A DNA stretch of 64,000 bases from IMG/VR virus record IMGVR_UViG_3300005680_000030, positions 1,452 to 65,451 of that record; one strand, written 5' to 3'. The position numbers and the translations under genes were made by a program. This DNA is from a virus (lineage: Duplodnaviria > Caudoviricetes). The notes beneath the pieces were generated by a model, which saw nothing but the letters and a program-made list of their open reading frames with translations, had not been told where the DNA came from and did no database searches. Each line of letters starts with the position of its first letter. Position 1 is the first letter of the stretch. Positions 53,407 through 62,460 of this stretch are shown here, piece by piece.

Positions 53407-53434
53407 AATCTACACGCTTTTGCGTGCACGTCAA
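53407..53434 (-). promoter_or_regulatory. Lytic promoter TTGACG-N16-TAGATT with operator ACACGCTTTTGCGTGC in the spacer
   Basis: -35 at 53434..53429, -10 at 53412..53407. Confidence 0.8.
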
Positions 53435-53490
53435 CCACCACGAAACATCGTGCGAGCGGCGCACGCCGCGGCGTGCTATCGGTGGTGGCC

Positions 53491-53856
53491 ATGAGTGATG
53501 AAGTTGACGACGGCGACGACGCGTGGCGCGCTCGGTTCTGGGAAGCGATCGCCCAGGACGGCCGCAAGCTGCGTGCCATCAGCATGGCCGCAAAGCTCGG
53601 CGAGAATTACCTCACCCAGACCAAGACGCGAAAATCGGCCCCGACCATCAACAAGTTCGTGGCGATCCTCAACGAGCTCGGCACGGCCTCGTCGCTTTAC
53701 GTCCTGACGGGGGTCCGCATGGACGAGACCACCGCCAGGTTCATCAACGCCGCTTCGGCTCTGCCTCCTGAGCTGGTTGAGGATGCTGCCCGCCTTTTTG
53801 AGGGCATGCGCGCTCAACGAGATACTGGATCGCGACCTCGCGGTCGCCGGGACTAA
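53491..53856 (+). CDS. CI-like XRE repressor (121 aa, no S24 peptidase domain)
   Basis: RKLRAISMAAKLGENYLTQ...PTINKFVAIL HTH; divergent from cro. Confidence 0.8.
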   Translation: MSDEVDDGDDAWRARFWEAIAQDGRKLRAISMAAKLGENYLTQTKTRKSAPTINKFVAILNELGTASSLYVLTGVRMDETTARFINAASALPPELVEDAARLFEGMRAQRDTGSRPRGRRD

Positions 53857-54076
53857 GCTTCCGCCACAGGTCGAACAGCCGCCACACGTCCTGCATTCGA
53901 TTCCCCCATTGCTCTGGGATGAAGGGTCGCGGGAACAGCGCGACGCGCCAACCTGGCCGCGGCCACAATAGAAAACGGACGTCCTCGCTCGAACCGAGCA
54001 AGACGCCTCAAAATTCAGCAAATTCCACCTGAGCGCGATTAACCACGGCGCTATCTCCGCGCGATTCGCCGGGCCA

Positions 54077-54130
54077 TCTACACGCAATTGCGTTTGAAGC
54101 GTTGACGATGCACGCAATTGCGTGTAGATA
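54077..54130 (+). promoter_or_regulatory. Early promoter TTGACG-N17-TAGATA with two CACGCAATTGCGT operators
   Basis: Palindromes at 54080-54095 and 54110-54125; -35 at 54102-54107, -10 at 54125-54130. Confidence 0.85.
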
Positions 54131-54205
54131 GGTAGTCAGGCCGCCGATCGTCCTGACCGGATTGAAGACGCGGCCCCCTTTCTCGCTCCACAGGGGGGAT
54201 TCCTG

Positions 54206-54358
54206 ATGCCCGAGATCGTTCCGTTCCAGATCGCCCTTGCCGGCGGCGTGATCGCCATCGGCGCGGTGTGCCTCGCCGCCTTCGTCGCCGACGTGGTCGC
54301 GGCCCTCACCTACTGGCACGGCAAGAGCGGCCGCGCGCGCCAGGACTTCGGGCTGTGA
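54206..54358 (+). CDS. Small membrane protein (50 aa), first early gene
   Basis: MPEIVPFQIALAGGVIAIGAVCLAAFVADVVAALTYW hydrophobic stretch; GGGGGG RBS. Confidence 0.6.
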   Translation: MPEIVPFQIALAGGVIAIGAVCLAAFVADVVAALTYWHGKSGRARQDFGL

Positions 54359-54543
54359 CGCCGCGCCAGACGACGACCGCGGATGCTGCGGCGATCTGCG
54401 CTTGGCTCCACGCGAGCCGCGAGGCCGACCGCATGTGGGCTGCCGCCAAGGACGCGGACACGCTCGAGGCCGCGCGCGAGCTGTTCGGCCTGTTCGCGGC
54501 GGCGAAGAAGACCGCCGCCGCGCTCGCGAGGAAGCGGGCATGA
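54355..54543 (+). CDS. Hypothetical protein
   Basis: GTGA-coupled helical ORF. Confidence 0.55.
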   Translation: MTPRQTTTADAAAICAWLHASREADRMWAAAKDADTLEAARELFGLFAAAKKTAAALARKRA

Positions 54544-54854
54544 CGCACACGTTCAGGAAGGGCGACACCGGCCTGACCCGCGGCGGGGACGAGTACGAGG
54601 TGCTCGCGGATGACATGGGCGCCTACGAGCCGCTGGCTGTGAGGGTGCGCAAGTACGTCGACTGGACGCTGTTCAGCTACGTCGCTGGCGGCGAGTTCGT
54701 CCCGCTTGTCGGGGAGCACCCGTGCGACCTGATGCCGCCCGAGCCGCCGCAGTGCTTCACCTGCGACCGCGCGCTGCGGGCCGACGAGAGCGACCCCTGC
54801 GATCGCTGCAACGACACGGCCTACTACGCTGCCCAGGCGGCGGAGGACCGGTGA
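54540..54854 (+). CDS. Hypothetical protein with C-terminal CxxC-CxxC
   Basis: CFTC...CDRC; ATGA coupling. Confidence 0.65.
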   Translation: MTHTFRKGDTGLTRGGDEYEVLADDMGAYEPLAVRVRKYVDWTLFSYVAGGEFVPLVGEHPCDLMPPEPPQCFTCDRALRADESDPCDRCNDTAYYAAQAAEDR

Positions 54855-55027
54855 TGGCCGGTCGTCCGATCACGCTCGATGATGCTGCGAAGATCCGAGA
54901 CTGGCTCCTCGCCGCCGAGGAGATGCCGAAGACCGCGCCGGAGCCTGTCGGCCCCGGCCTTGCGATCGTCGTCGTCGCCTCTGCGCTGGTGACCCTCTCG
55001 ATCATCGCGCTCTGGATCTTCGGCTGA
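54854..55027 (+). CDS. Small C-terminally anchored membrane protein
   Basis: GLAIVVVASALVTLSIIALWIFG. Confidence 0.6.
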   Translation: MAGRPITLDDAAKIRDWLLAAEEMPKTAPEPVGPGLAIVVVASALVTLSIIALWIFG

Positions 55028-55449
55028 TGCCCGCCATGCGCCAGCCGTCGACTCGAACCGCCCTGTACGCGGAGTGGGCGGCGATGCTGGCGCGCGAGCG
55101 CGCGACGGGCGGAACCAGATCCGGCATGAGCCCGAGCCACGATTGGGAGCCGCCGTGCGGCTGGTTCCGCACTCGGTTCGTCAAGGGCGGCCCGCCGGTG
55201 CCGGTGCGGATCACCATCGACCGCGATATCGACCCGGCGACGGGCGAGCTGACCCGCGACGAGACCTTCATCTACGAGATCGACGGCCAGCGCCGTCGGA
55301 GCCTGCCCATCGGGCTCGTCTACCACGCGATCACCCGCGAGGCGTTCGACGAGATCATGGCCGCTCGCGCTGCAGATCTGCGCCTGCAGGCCACCCTGGT
55401 CCCCTTCGACTTCGTCGCGGCCGGACCGCCGCGCCCCACCAGACCATGA
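55027..55449 (+). CDS. Conserved phage early protein
   Basis: EPPCGWFRTRFVKGGPPVPVRI...DPATGEL. Confidence 0.7.
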   Translation: MPAMRQPSTRTALYAEWAAMLARERATGGTRSGMSPSHDWEPPCGWFRTRFVKGGPPVPVRITIDRDIDPATGELTRDETFIYEIDGQRRRSLPIGLVYHAITREAFDEIMAARAADLRLQATLVPFDFVAAGPPRPTRP

Positions 55450-55462
55450 GCAAGGACTGAGC

Positions 55463-56218
55463 ATGGACAATGCTTTGCTGAACCCGGCCGCCGTGATCGG
55501 CGGCAACCGCCCGCCGCCGTTCGACACGGACGCGGTGGAGCGCCGCGCGGCCGAAGCCCGCGAGTGGGCTGACGCCGCCGGCGCGTGGCTCGACAAGGGC
55601 GAGCTCGAGACCGACGCCGATGCCGACGCGGTCAAGGTGCTGATCGAGGGCGCGCGCAAGCTCGGACGCGCGGTCGACGAGGAGCTCGCCGCCGCACGGA
55701 AGCCGCACGACGACGCCGTCAAGGCGGTGCGAGGGGCCTACAACCCGATCGTCACCACCTACGACGCGATGGTGAAGCGGCTCCGGCCGCTGGTGGCGGA
55801 CTTCCTGACCCGCAAGCGCGTCGCGGCCGAGGCCGCTGCCGAGCGCGCCCGCGCCGAGGCGGCGGAGGCCGAGCGCCTGGCCGCCGAGCGCCTGGCCGCC
55901 GCGCAGGCACGCCATGACGTCTCCGGCGAGGTCGAGGCGGAGGCCGCCGCGAAGGACGCCGCCGAAGCCGCCCGCGCCGCCGCCGCGCCGGTCAAGGTCA
56001 GCGTCGGCCGCGATGTCGGCACGGGGCGCGCGATGGCGCTCGTGAAGACCAAGCACGTCGTCATCAAGCACCTGCGCCTCGCCTTCACGGAGGTCGAGGC
56101 CGATCCCGGCGTGATCGACGCCATCCAGCGCGCGCTCAACGCGCGGGTTCGCGCCAAGGCGTGGGATGGCGTCATCCCGGCCGGCTGCGAAATCGAAGAG
56201 AAGGAGTCCGTCCGGTGA
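55463..56218 (+). CDS. Coiled-coil protein (Gp157/Gam-like)
   Basis: IGGNRPP...ARKPHDDAVKAV...LRPLVADFL; precedes RecT. Confidence 0.6.
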   Translation: MDNALLNPAAVIGGNRPPPFDTDAVERRAAEAREWADAAGAWLDKGELETDADADAVKVLIEGARKLGRAVDEELAAARKPHDDAVKAVRGAYNPIVTTYDAMVKRLRPLVADFLTRKRVAAEAAAERARAEAAEAERLAAERLAAAQARHDVSGEVEAEAAAKDAAEAARAAAAPVKVSVGRDVGTGRAMALVKTKHVVIKHLRLAFTEVEADPGVIDAIQRALNARVRAKAWDGVIPAGCEIEEKESVR

Positions 56219-56454
56219 CGCAGTTCATCGCCGTCAGCCTCGCGGCTGGCAAGCGCACCTACACCTACCACAACGACGGCGAGCCGGTGCAGATCGGCGA
56301 CAAGGTCAAGCTGCCCGCGCCGCGCGGCGAGGACGGCTGGATCCCCGGCATCGTCGAGGCCGTCGTGTCGGCGCCGTCGTTCGGCACCAAGCCCGTCATC
56401 GGGATCATCGAGACGGACGCGGATCGCGCCCACCGGAAGGGTGGTGCGGCGTGA
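56215..56454 (+). CDS. Small beta-barrel protein
   Basis: KRTYTYHNDGEPVQIGDKVKLP. Confidence 0.65.
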   Translation: MTQFIAVSLAAGKRTYTYHNDGEPVQIGDKVKLPAPRGEDGWIPGIVEAVVSAPSFGTKPVIGIIETDADRAHRKGGAA

Positions 56455-57671
56455 ACGTCATGGTCTCCAAGACCCCGCTGCGCCAGGTGACGGAGGTGCG
56501 CCAGCTCCTGTCGAACGAGCAGGCGCGCGCGCAGCTCGCCACGGTCGCCGCGTCGCACATGAGCCCGGAGCGCATGATGCGCCTCCTCGCGCTCGCGCTC
56601 GACAAGACCCGCAACCTCGACCGCTGCACGCCGCTGTCGGTGCTGGGCTGCATGATGACGTGCGCATCGCTCGGCCTCGAGGCGAACACCCCGCTGCAGC
56701 ACGCCTACATCATCCCGTTCAAGAACGGCTGGAAGTCGAAGAAGGAGGGGCGCGACGTCTACGAGGCGCAGCTCATCATCGGCTACCGCGGCTACGTGCA
56801 GCTGGCCCACAACTCCGACCGGCTCGCTGGGATCAGCGTCGGCGTCCACTACTCAGACGACCACCATTGGGCCTATCGCAAGGGGACGGCCGAGATCCTC
56901 GAGCACGAGGAAGGGCCGCAGAAGGGCGAGAAGCTCCACGCTTACGCCTGCGTCCGCCTGACCAACGGCTCCGTCATCCTCGTGTGCTGGCCCTGGGCCA
57001 AGATCCTCGCCCACCGGGACCAGTATTCCAAGGGCTGGCAGGACGCGGTGAGGCATGGGAAGACCGCCGAGAGCCCGTGGACGACCGCGGAAGACGCGAT
57101 GGCGATCAAGACCATGATCCGCCAGCTCACGAAGTTCATGCCGATGGCGAGCGAGGTGGTGCATGCGTCCGTGCTCGACGGCGCGCGCGCCGACTACGCC
57201 GCGTTCGCGATGGACCCGACGCGCGGCCTTCCCGTCACCGAGGGTGACGACGACGGCGTGATTGAGGGCGACGTCGATACGGGCGGCGACGTGGTCGAGA
57301 CCGAGGCGTCGGCGGCCCCGAAGGAAGCCGCCCCCGCCGCGAGCGCGGCGCCCGCAGCCGATCCGATGGCAGAGGTACGCGCCAGGGCGCAGGCCGCGGC
57401 CGCGGCGAAGAAGACGGAGACCAAGGCGCCGCCGGCCGAGACGCCCGCAGCTGATGAGCCGACGCCCGAGGCGTCCGACGACGACGAGCCGAGCTATGCC
57501 GGCGCGATCGAGGCGATCTATCGCGACGTCGTCGACTACCCCATCGGCCGCAGCATGGAAGTCCTCGACTTCCACGACACCGAGATGATGCAGGAGCACG
57601 CGCCCAAGCAGTTCGCGGAACTGATCGCCACCCTCGAGGCCCGCGACAATGGCGAGGAGGCGACGAAATGA
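56451..57671 (+). CDS. recT: RecT-family single-strand annealing protein
   Basis: CTPLSVLGCMMTCASLGLE...HAYIIPF...AQLIIGYRGYVQLA...MAIKTMIRQLTKFMP; acidic tail. Confidence 0.9.
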   Translation: MNVMVSKTPLRQVTEVRQLLSNEQARAQLATVAASHMSPERMMRLLALALDKTRNLDRCTPLSVLGCMMTCASLGLEANTPLQHAYIIPFKNGWKSKKEGRDVYEAQLIIGYRGYVQLAHNSDRLAGISVGVHYSDDHHWAYRKGTAEILEHEEGPQKGEKLHAYACVRLTNGSVILVCWPWAKILAHRDQYSKGWQDAVRHGKTAESPWTTAEDAMAIKTMIRQLTKFMPMASEVVHASVLDGARADYAAFAMDPTRGLPVTEGDDDGVIEGDVDTGGDVVETEASAAPKEAAPAASAAPAADPMAEVRARAQAAAAAKKTETKAPPAETPAADEPTPEASDDDEPSYAGAIEAIYRDVVDYPIGRSMEVLDFHDTEMMQEHAPKQFAELIATLEARDNGEEATK

Positions 57672-58384
57672 GCCGACCCAACGTGAAGATCGTCACCTTC
57701 GCCGACCTCATGCTTGAGGTCCGCAACGATGGCGACCTCGTCTACCGCTTCCGCGGGACCGAGGGAGACGACATGATCATCGTCAACGTCCCGGCCTGGC
57801 AAACCGGCGGCATCCCGATCGCCATCTTCGGAGGTCCAGGCCGCGACAGCCTGACGAAGACCCCCGGCACCGGCCCGGTGAAGTTCTACGGCGACGAGCC
57901 GCGCGGCAAGCAGGGTGCGCCCTTGGTTGGCGACGACCCGGACGTGTTCGACTTCAACCGCATCGACCTGGGCGCCGGCGACCGTGGCGTCGGCGGCGGC
58001 CCGACCGACTACATCCTGCACAAGTCGGACTATGGGCGTTTCGGGGCGGCGGAGATGCGGGCGTTCCGGCCCGATGAGGATCGGCTGATCGCCAACGGCG
58101 AGGCGGGGTTCCATGTGACCGACGTCGACTTCCGGTTCATCGACCGCAGCCACGCGACCGAGCGCGAGGGCCTGATCCGCTCGATCACCATCGAGTTCGA
58201 GAGCAGCAACCCGCTGGCAGGCAAGTCGACGGCCGAGGTCTGGTTTAACGCCGGGCGCGAGCCGGAGCCCGAGGAATACTGGCTCGACTGGCTCGGCGGG
58301 ACCGGCGCGGCCGGGCGCAAGATCGAGGCCGCGCAGGCGTTCGTGGAGGCCGGCGTCGACGACGGCTGGCTGGTGATCGCATGA
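57668..58384 (+). CDS. Protein with degenerate RTX-type Gly/Asp repeats
   Basis: GTEGDDMI, FGGPGRDSL, FYGD, GDDPDVFDF, AFRPDEDRL. Confidence 0.6.
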   Translation: MSRPNVKIVTFADLMLEVRNDGDLVYRFRGTEGDDMIIVNVPAWQTGGIPIAIFGGPGRDSLTKTPGTGPVKFYGDEPRGKQGAPLVGDDPDVFDFNRIDLGAGDRGVGGGPTDYILHKSDYGRFGAAEMRAFRPDEDRLIANGEAGFHVTDVDFRFIDRSHATEREGLIRSITIEFESSNPLAGKSTAEVWFNAGREPEPEEYWLDWLGGTGAAGRKIEAAQAFVEAGVDDGWLVIA

Positions 58385-58557
58385 GCGTCTACGTGCTGAT
58401 CTGGGTCATCGGTACCAGTGGCGGCGGCGTCACGTCGGGCTCCGCCTACTTCTCGACGGCGGCTGCATGCGAGGCCGCGGCGCGGGCGTTCACCGTGGAA
58501 ACGGCCGCCTCCGGCGCATTCTGCACGCACGATCCTCTGCCAGAGGAAGGGCAGTAG
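58381..58557 (+). CDS. Small hypothetical protein (58 aa)
   Basis: MSVYVLIWVIG...FSTAAACEAAA...AFC; ATGA coupling. Confidence 0.6.
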   Translation: MSVYVLIWVIGTSGGGVTSGSAYFSTAAACEAAARAFTVETAASGAFCTHDPLPEEGQ

Positions 58558-58558
58558 C

Positions 58559-58996
58559 ATGGCGAAGATCGGCCGCGCCCGGCCCCCGGCTCCGATGGTG
58601 GAGAAGAGCGCCCGCGGGCTCGTGCCCGCCGGCCCCTTCGACGCCGAGGAGCTGGACCGCGCGCCGCTCGGCCAGCTCTATGACCTGGTGCCGCGCTCGC
58701 GGCGCTCGAACCCGCAGAACCGCCTCTATTGGCTGGCCCTGTCCAAGGCCGTCGAGGCGACCGGCGCCTGGCCGACGGCCGAGCACCTGCACGAGAAGCT
58801 GGTGAAGGGCTGCGGCTTCACCGAGCTCGTGCTGAACCCGTTCACCGGGCTCTACGAGGAAGAGCGGGACTCCACCGCCTTCGACGCGATGCCCCCCGCC
58901 GACTTCAAGGTCTTCATGGACACCGCCCTCGCGAAGCTCTCCGAGGCGCTCGGCGTCGATGTCCTAGACCTCCTGCCTCCCAGGGAGACGCCATGA
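58559..58996 (+). CDS. NinB/DUF1367-like protein
   Basis: RSNPQNRLYW...EHLHEKL...STAFDAM...FKVFM. Confidence 0.72.
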   Translation: MAKIGRARPPAPMVEKSARGLVPAGPFDAEELDRAPLGQLYDLVPRSRRSNPQNRLYWLALSKAVEATGAWPTAEHLHEKLVKGCGFTELVLNPFTGLYEEERDSTAFDAMPPADFKVFMDTALAKLSEALGVDVLDLLPPRETP

Positions 58997-59202
58997 AATC
59001 CGACCTCCGCGACATCGACGTGATCTACGTCCACGCCACCGACCGCGCCGTGCTCGTCAGGAGCGACGAGGACGCGCCTGAGGTCTGGATCCCGCTCGCC
59101 CAGGTGGAGATCGAGGCGCCCGATGGCGGGCACCTCCGCCGCGGCCGCCCGGCGCGCCTGACCGCGCCCGAAAGCCTTCTCGTCGAGAAGGGGCTCGTCT
59201 GA
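58993..59202 (+). CDS. Small conserved phage protein
   Basis: TDRAVLV...VWIPLAQVEI...LLVEKGLV. Confidence 0.7.
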   Translation: MKSDLRDIDVIYVHATDRAVLVRSDEDAPEVWIPLAQVEIEAPDGGHLRRGRPARLTAPESLLVEKGLV

Positions 59203-59466
59203 TGCACGACATGAGCAAGGACCACCTGTTCCTGATGGTGACGGCGCTGACCGTCGCGATCGAGGAGCTGCTGGTGACGTCTGGCGCCAGCGAGAAGGTC
59301 GCGCAGAAGACCGCGGCGGCGATCCGCGACGACGCCGGCGCATTCGCCGCCCGCGTCGGCAGCACCGACAACCTGATCCGCATGGGCGAAGGTCGAGCAG
59401 GAGGCTATCGGCGGAGCCGTGACGCTCCTCGAGCGCGCCCGCGTCAACGCGCGGAGGCGGTCGTGA
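59202..59466 (+). pseudogene. Helical protein interrupted by a +1 frameshift at GGG 59384-59386
   Basis: Removing one G gives ...LIRMAKVEQEAIGGAVTLLERARVNARRRS*, ending in a GTGA overlap with the HNH start. Confidence 0.6.
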
Positions 59467-59837
59467 GCCGCCGCGAGTTCCCGGCCAAGGTCCGTGCGCA
59501 GGCGTTCGAGCGGGCCGGCGGCTGCTGCGAGGCTGATGGCTGCGGCGTGAAGCTCGGCATCCCCGGCGCACCGGCCCACCACTTCGACCACGTCTTGCCC
59601 GACGGGCTCGGCGGCCGCGCTGATCTCGAGAACTGCGAGGTGCTCTGCGCGCCCTGCCACCGCGCGAAGACGAGCGACCGGGATTCGCTCGCCGGCGGCG
59701 ACGTCCAGAAAATCGCCAAGGCCAACCGCCTCCGGGCGAAGGCGCAGAAGATCACCGGCCGCAAGGCGATCATCCCAGGCTCGCGGGCGTCGAACTGGAA
59801 GCGGCGCATCGACGGGACGGTGGAGCGGAGGAGCTGA
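59463..59837 (+). CDS. HNH endonuclease
   Basis: GGAGG RBS; RREFPAKVRAQAFERAGGCCE...FDHVLPDGLGG...LENCEVLCAPCHRAKT. Confidence 0.85.
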   Translation: MSRREFPAKVRAQAFERAGGCCEADGCGVKLGIPGAPAHHFDHVLPDGLGGRADLENCEVLCAPCHRAKTSDRDSLAGGDVQKIAKANRLRAKAQKITGRKAIIPGSRASNWKRRIDGTVERRS

Positions 59838-59839
59838 GC

Positions 59840-60181
59840 ATGGACGACCTGATCCAGAAGGAAGCCGCGCGGCTCCTGCGCGATTCGCTTCGCCCCAGCT
59901 ACTTCGCCAAGTACTTGCCGCCCCGGCGTCCGCGCTGGAAGCGGCTGCTGATCTGGCTGCGCCTGATGAAGGCGCCGCCACCCCCGCCGCCGCCGCCCAG
60001 CAATGGCGGGTTCATCACCATCAATCTGTCGATCGGTGAGACCGCCCGCGCCGCGGCCGTTGCTGCCGAGGTGCGCGGGGTCAAGAAGATCGACCCGCGG
60101 CACCGCGAGCTCAACCTCGACGTGCTGCAGGCCATCTACGGCAAGGACGCCCTCCCGGCGCTGGAGAAGCCGCATGGCTGA
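59840..60181 (+). CDS. Hypothetical protein with a poly-Pro linker
   Basis: 113 aa with a P8 run; GGAGG RBS. Confidence 0.55.
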   Translation: MDDLIQKEAARLLRDSLRPSYFAKYLPPRRPRWKRLLIWLRLMKAPPPPPPPPSNGGFITINLSIGETARAAAVAAEVRGVKKIDPRHRELNLDVLQAIYGKDALPALEKPHG

Positions 60182-61289
60182 GACCAGCTCGATCGAATGG
60201 ACCGACAGCACGTGGAACGTCATCACGGGCTGCACGCTCGTCTCCGAGGGTTGCCGGCACTGCTACGCGGCGACGCTGGCGGCCGGGCGGTTGCAGCATC
60301 ACCCGAGCCGCAAGGGCCTCGCGCGCGTCAATGCCGCGGGCGAGGCGAAGTTCACCGGCAAGGTGCGGTTCAACGAGGAGTGGCTGGACCAGCCACTGCG
60401 TTGGCGCCGGCCGCGCATGATCTTCGTCTGCGCGCACGGCGACCTGTTCCATGAGAACGTGCCCGACGAGTGGATCGACCGGGTGTTCGCCGTCATGGCG
60501 CTCGCGCGGCGGCACACGTTCCAGGTGCTGACGAAGCGGCCGGAGCGGGCGCGGGCGTATCTCTCCAAGGATCACGAGGAAACCGACTTGTTCGAGCGGA
60601 TCGCCGATGCCGGCGCTCGGATGATGGAGGATGGCGACAACACGTTCGACTACCTCTCCGGGATCGACTGGCCCCTCCCGAACGTCTGGCTCGGCACGAG
60701 CGTCGAGAACCAGGCCACCGCGGACGAGCGCATCCCGCACCTCCTCGCGGCGCCGGCGGCAGTGCGCTTCCTCTCGGCCGAGCCGCTGCTGGGGCCGATC
60801 GATCTCGAGGCGATGCCATTCGCTGATGGGGACGCGCGTCATCGCTGGAGCGCCACGACAGGGCAGGCGCTCATGTACGCCGAGAGCACGGCTGGCGGCC
60901 CCAACTTCACCTGCCGGATCAACAAGCCCATCAAACCGCATATCGACTGGGTCATCGTCGGCGGCGAGAGCGGGCGCGGCGCCCGGCCGTTGCATCCGGA
61001 TTGGGCGCGGTCCCTCCGCGACCAGTGCGCCGCGGCGAGGGTGGCCTATTTCCACAAGCAGAACGGCGCTTGGGAAGCGGTCTACGACCGAGACCGCGAC
61101 GACCCGGACTGGCGGCGCTGCGACGTGGTGGCGCGCGACACGCCGGCCGGTCGCTGGCTGAACCTCGCCGGCGGCCACGGCTTCCATGGGGATCGCGTCT
61201 TGCGCGTCGTGCCGGTCGGCAAGGCCGCCGCCGGCCGCCTCCTCGACGGCGTAGAGCACAACGGGATGCCGGAGGGTCGCCATGGCTGA
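60174..61289 (+). CDS. DUF5131 (phage Gp37/Gp68) family protein
   Basis: SIEWTDSTWNVITGCTLVSEGCRHCYA...DLFHE...TKRP...DWVIVGGESG. Confidence 0.9.
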   Translation: MAETSSIEWTDSTWNVITGCTLVSEGCRHCYAATLAAGRLQHHPSRKGLARVNAAGEAKFTGKVRFNEEWLDQPLRWRRPRMIFVCAHGDLFHENVPDEWIDRVFAVMALARRHTFQVLTKRPERARAYLSKDHEETDLFERIADAGARMMEDGDNTFDYLSGIDWPLPNVWLGTSVENQATADERIPHLLAAPAAVRFLSAEPLLGPIDLEAMPFADGDARHRWSATTGQALMYAESTAGGPNFTCRINKPIKPHIDWVIVGGESGRGARPLHPDWARSLRDQCAAARVAYFHKQNGAWEAVYDRDRDDPDWRRCDVVARDTPAGRWLNLAGGHGFHGDRVLRVVPVGKAAAGRLLDGVEHNGMPEGRHG

Positions 61290-61644
61290 CCGACCGCGAC
61301 GCATCCAATTGAAGCGCACGAGAGGCTGGCGGAAGCCGACTGGCGTGATCAGCGTTTGCCGGCCCAGCGTGTTCGGCAACCCGTTCACGTTCAGCGCGGC
61401 AGAGGGTTCCGGCCAGACGCGGCAGGGCGCTGTGCTTGCGTTCAGGGATTGGCTGTCCGGCAACCCATGGGCGTGCGGGACTGACCTATACGAGGCGAAG
61501 CGCCTGGCGATCCTGAGCCGGCTCTACGAGCTGCGCGGCAGAGACCTCGCGTGCTGGTGCCCGCTCGACACACCGTGCCACGCGGACGTCCTGATCGACC
61601 TGGCGAACCGGCCCGAACCCGAGGACGCATCCCATGCCGGCTGA
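61282..61644 (+). CDS. DUF4326 protein, copy 1
   Basis: RIQLKRTRGWRKP...FGNPF...ELRGRDLACWCPLDTPCHADVL. Confidence 0.88.
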   Translation: MADRPRRIQLKRTRGWRKPTGVISVCRPSVFGNPFTFSAAEGSGQTRQGAVLAFRDWLSGNPWACGTDLYEAKRLAILSRLYELRGRDLACWCPLDTPCHADVLIDLANRPEPEDASHAG

Positions 61645-61939
61645 CCCAGCCGCCTACCGCCGGGCCGGGCTGATCGACCCGGAGCGCCGGTCCTTCGTCC
61701 TTGCCGAAGCGGCCTATGCCGCGGCGTTCCACTCTGGCGACGCCGAGGCCCTCGCCCGCGAGGAAGCGAAGGCGTGGGAGCGCGTGGACGCAGCCGCCCG
61801 CTATCTCCGCACCCGCCCCGCGACGCGGCACGTCTCGCCGCCGGGCCTGCCGCCGCAGCCGACGTGGGAGCCGAAGCGCACCGGCGTCCGCGCCGCGCTC
61901 GCGAGGCTGCTCGACGTGCTGATGGGGAGGCCGGGGTAG
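61634..61939 (+). CDS. Hypothetical protein
   Basis: 101 aa; a shorter paralogue lies at 62944. Confidence 0.55.
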   Translation: MPADPAAYRRAGLIDPERRSFVLAEAAYAAAFHSGDAEALAREEAKAWERVDAAARYLRTRPATRHVSPPGLPPQPTWEPKRTGVRAALARLLDVLMGRPG

Positions 61940-62460
61940 TGGAAATCGCCTACGCCGACCCGCCCTACATCGGCTGCGCTCATCTCTACAGGGATCACCC
62001 GGACTATGCCGGCGAGGTTGATCACGCCGCGCTGATCGAGCGGCTGGAGCGCGAGTTCGACGGATGGGTGCTGCACGCCGCCGCGACGCCCTTGTCGATG
62101 GCGACCCTCGCCCCGCTTGTCGCGGAGACCGGCGCGCGCTGGATGACATGGACCAAGACCTTCGCAGCGTTCAAGCGCAACGTTTCCGTCGCTTACGCTT
62201 GGGAGCCAGTCATCGTGAAGCCGGCGCGGAAGCCGGTCGTCTCGAAGCGCACCGTCATGCGCGACTGGCACGCTTGCCCGATCACGCTCAAGCGCGGCCT
62301 GACCGGCGCCAAGCCCGAGAGCCTTTGCCATTGGGCCTTTGAGATGGTTGCCGCCCGCCCCGACGACGAGTTGCATGACCTGTTCCCCGGCACCGGCGCG
62401 GTGACGCGAGCATGGCAGACGTGGCGCGGGAAGTTCGTCCTGCCGGGGGACGCGGCATGA
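61939..62460 (+). CDS. Minimal adenine DNA methyltransferase (DPPY)
   Basis: IAYADPPY...AWEPVI...DLFPGTGAV. Confidence 0.8.
   Translation: MEIAYADPPYIGCAHLYRDHPDYAGEVDHAALIERLEREFDGWVLHAAATPLSMATLAPLVAETGARWMTWTKTFAAFKRNVSVAYAWEPVIVKPARKPVVSKRTVMRDWHACPITLKRGLTGAKPESLCHWAFEMVAARPDDELHDLFPGTGAVTRAWQTWRGKFVLPGDAA

Noticed and set aside
53744-53896. 50-aa convergent ORF overlapping the CI 3' end, as an antirepressor
   Set aside because: Plausible but no recognisable family, weak promoter and a large antisense overlap; mentioned only as a candidate.
59970-60000. Poly-proline run in the 59840 ORF
   Set aside because: Likely a simple linker; no supporting context for a special role.
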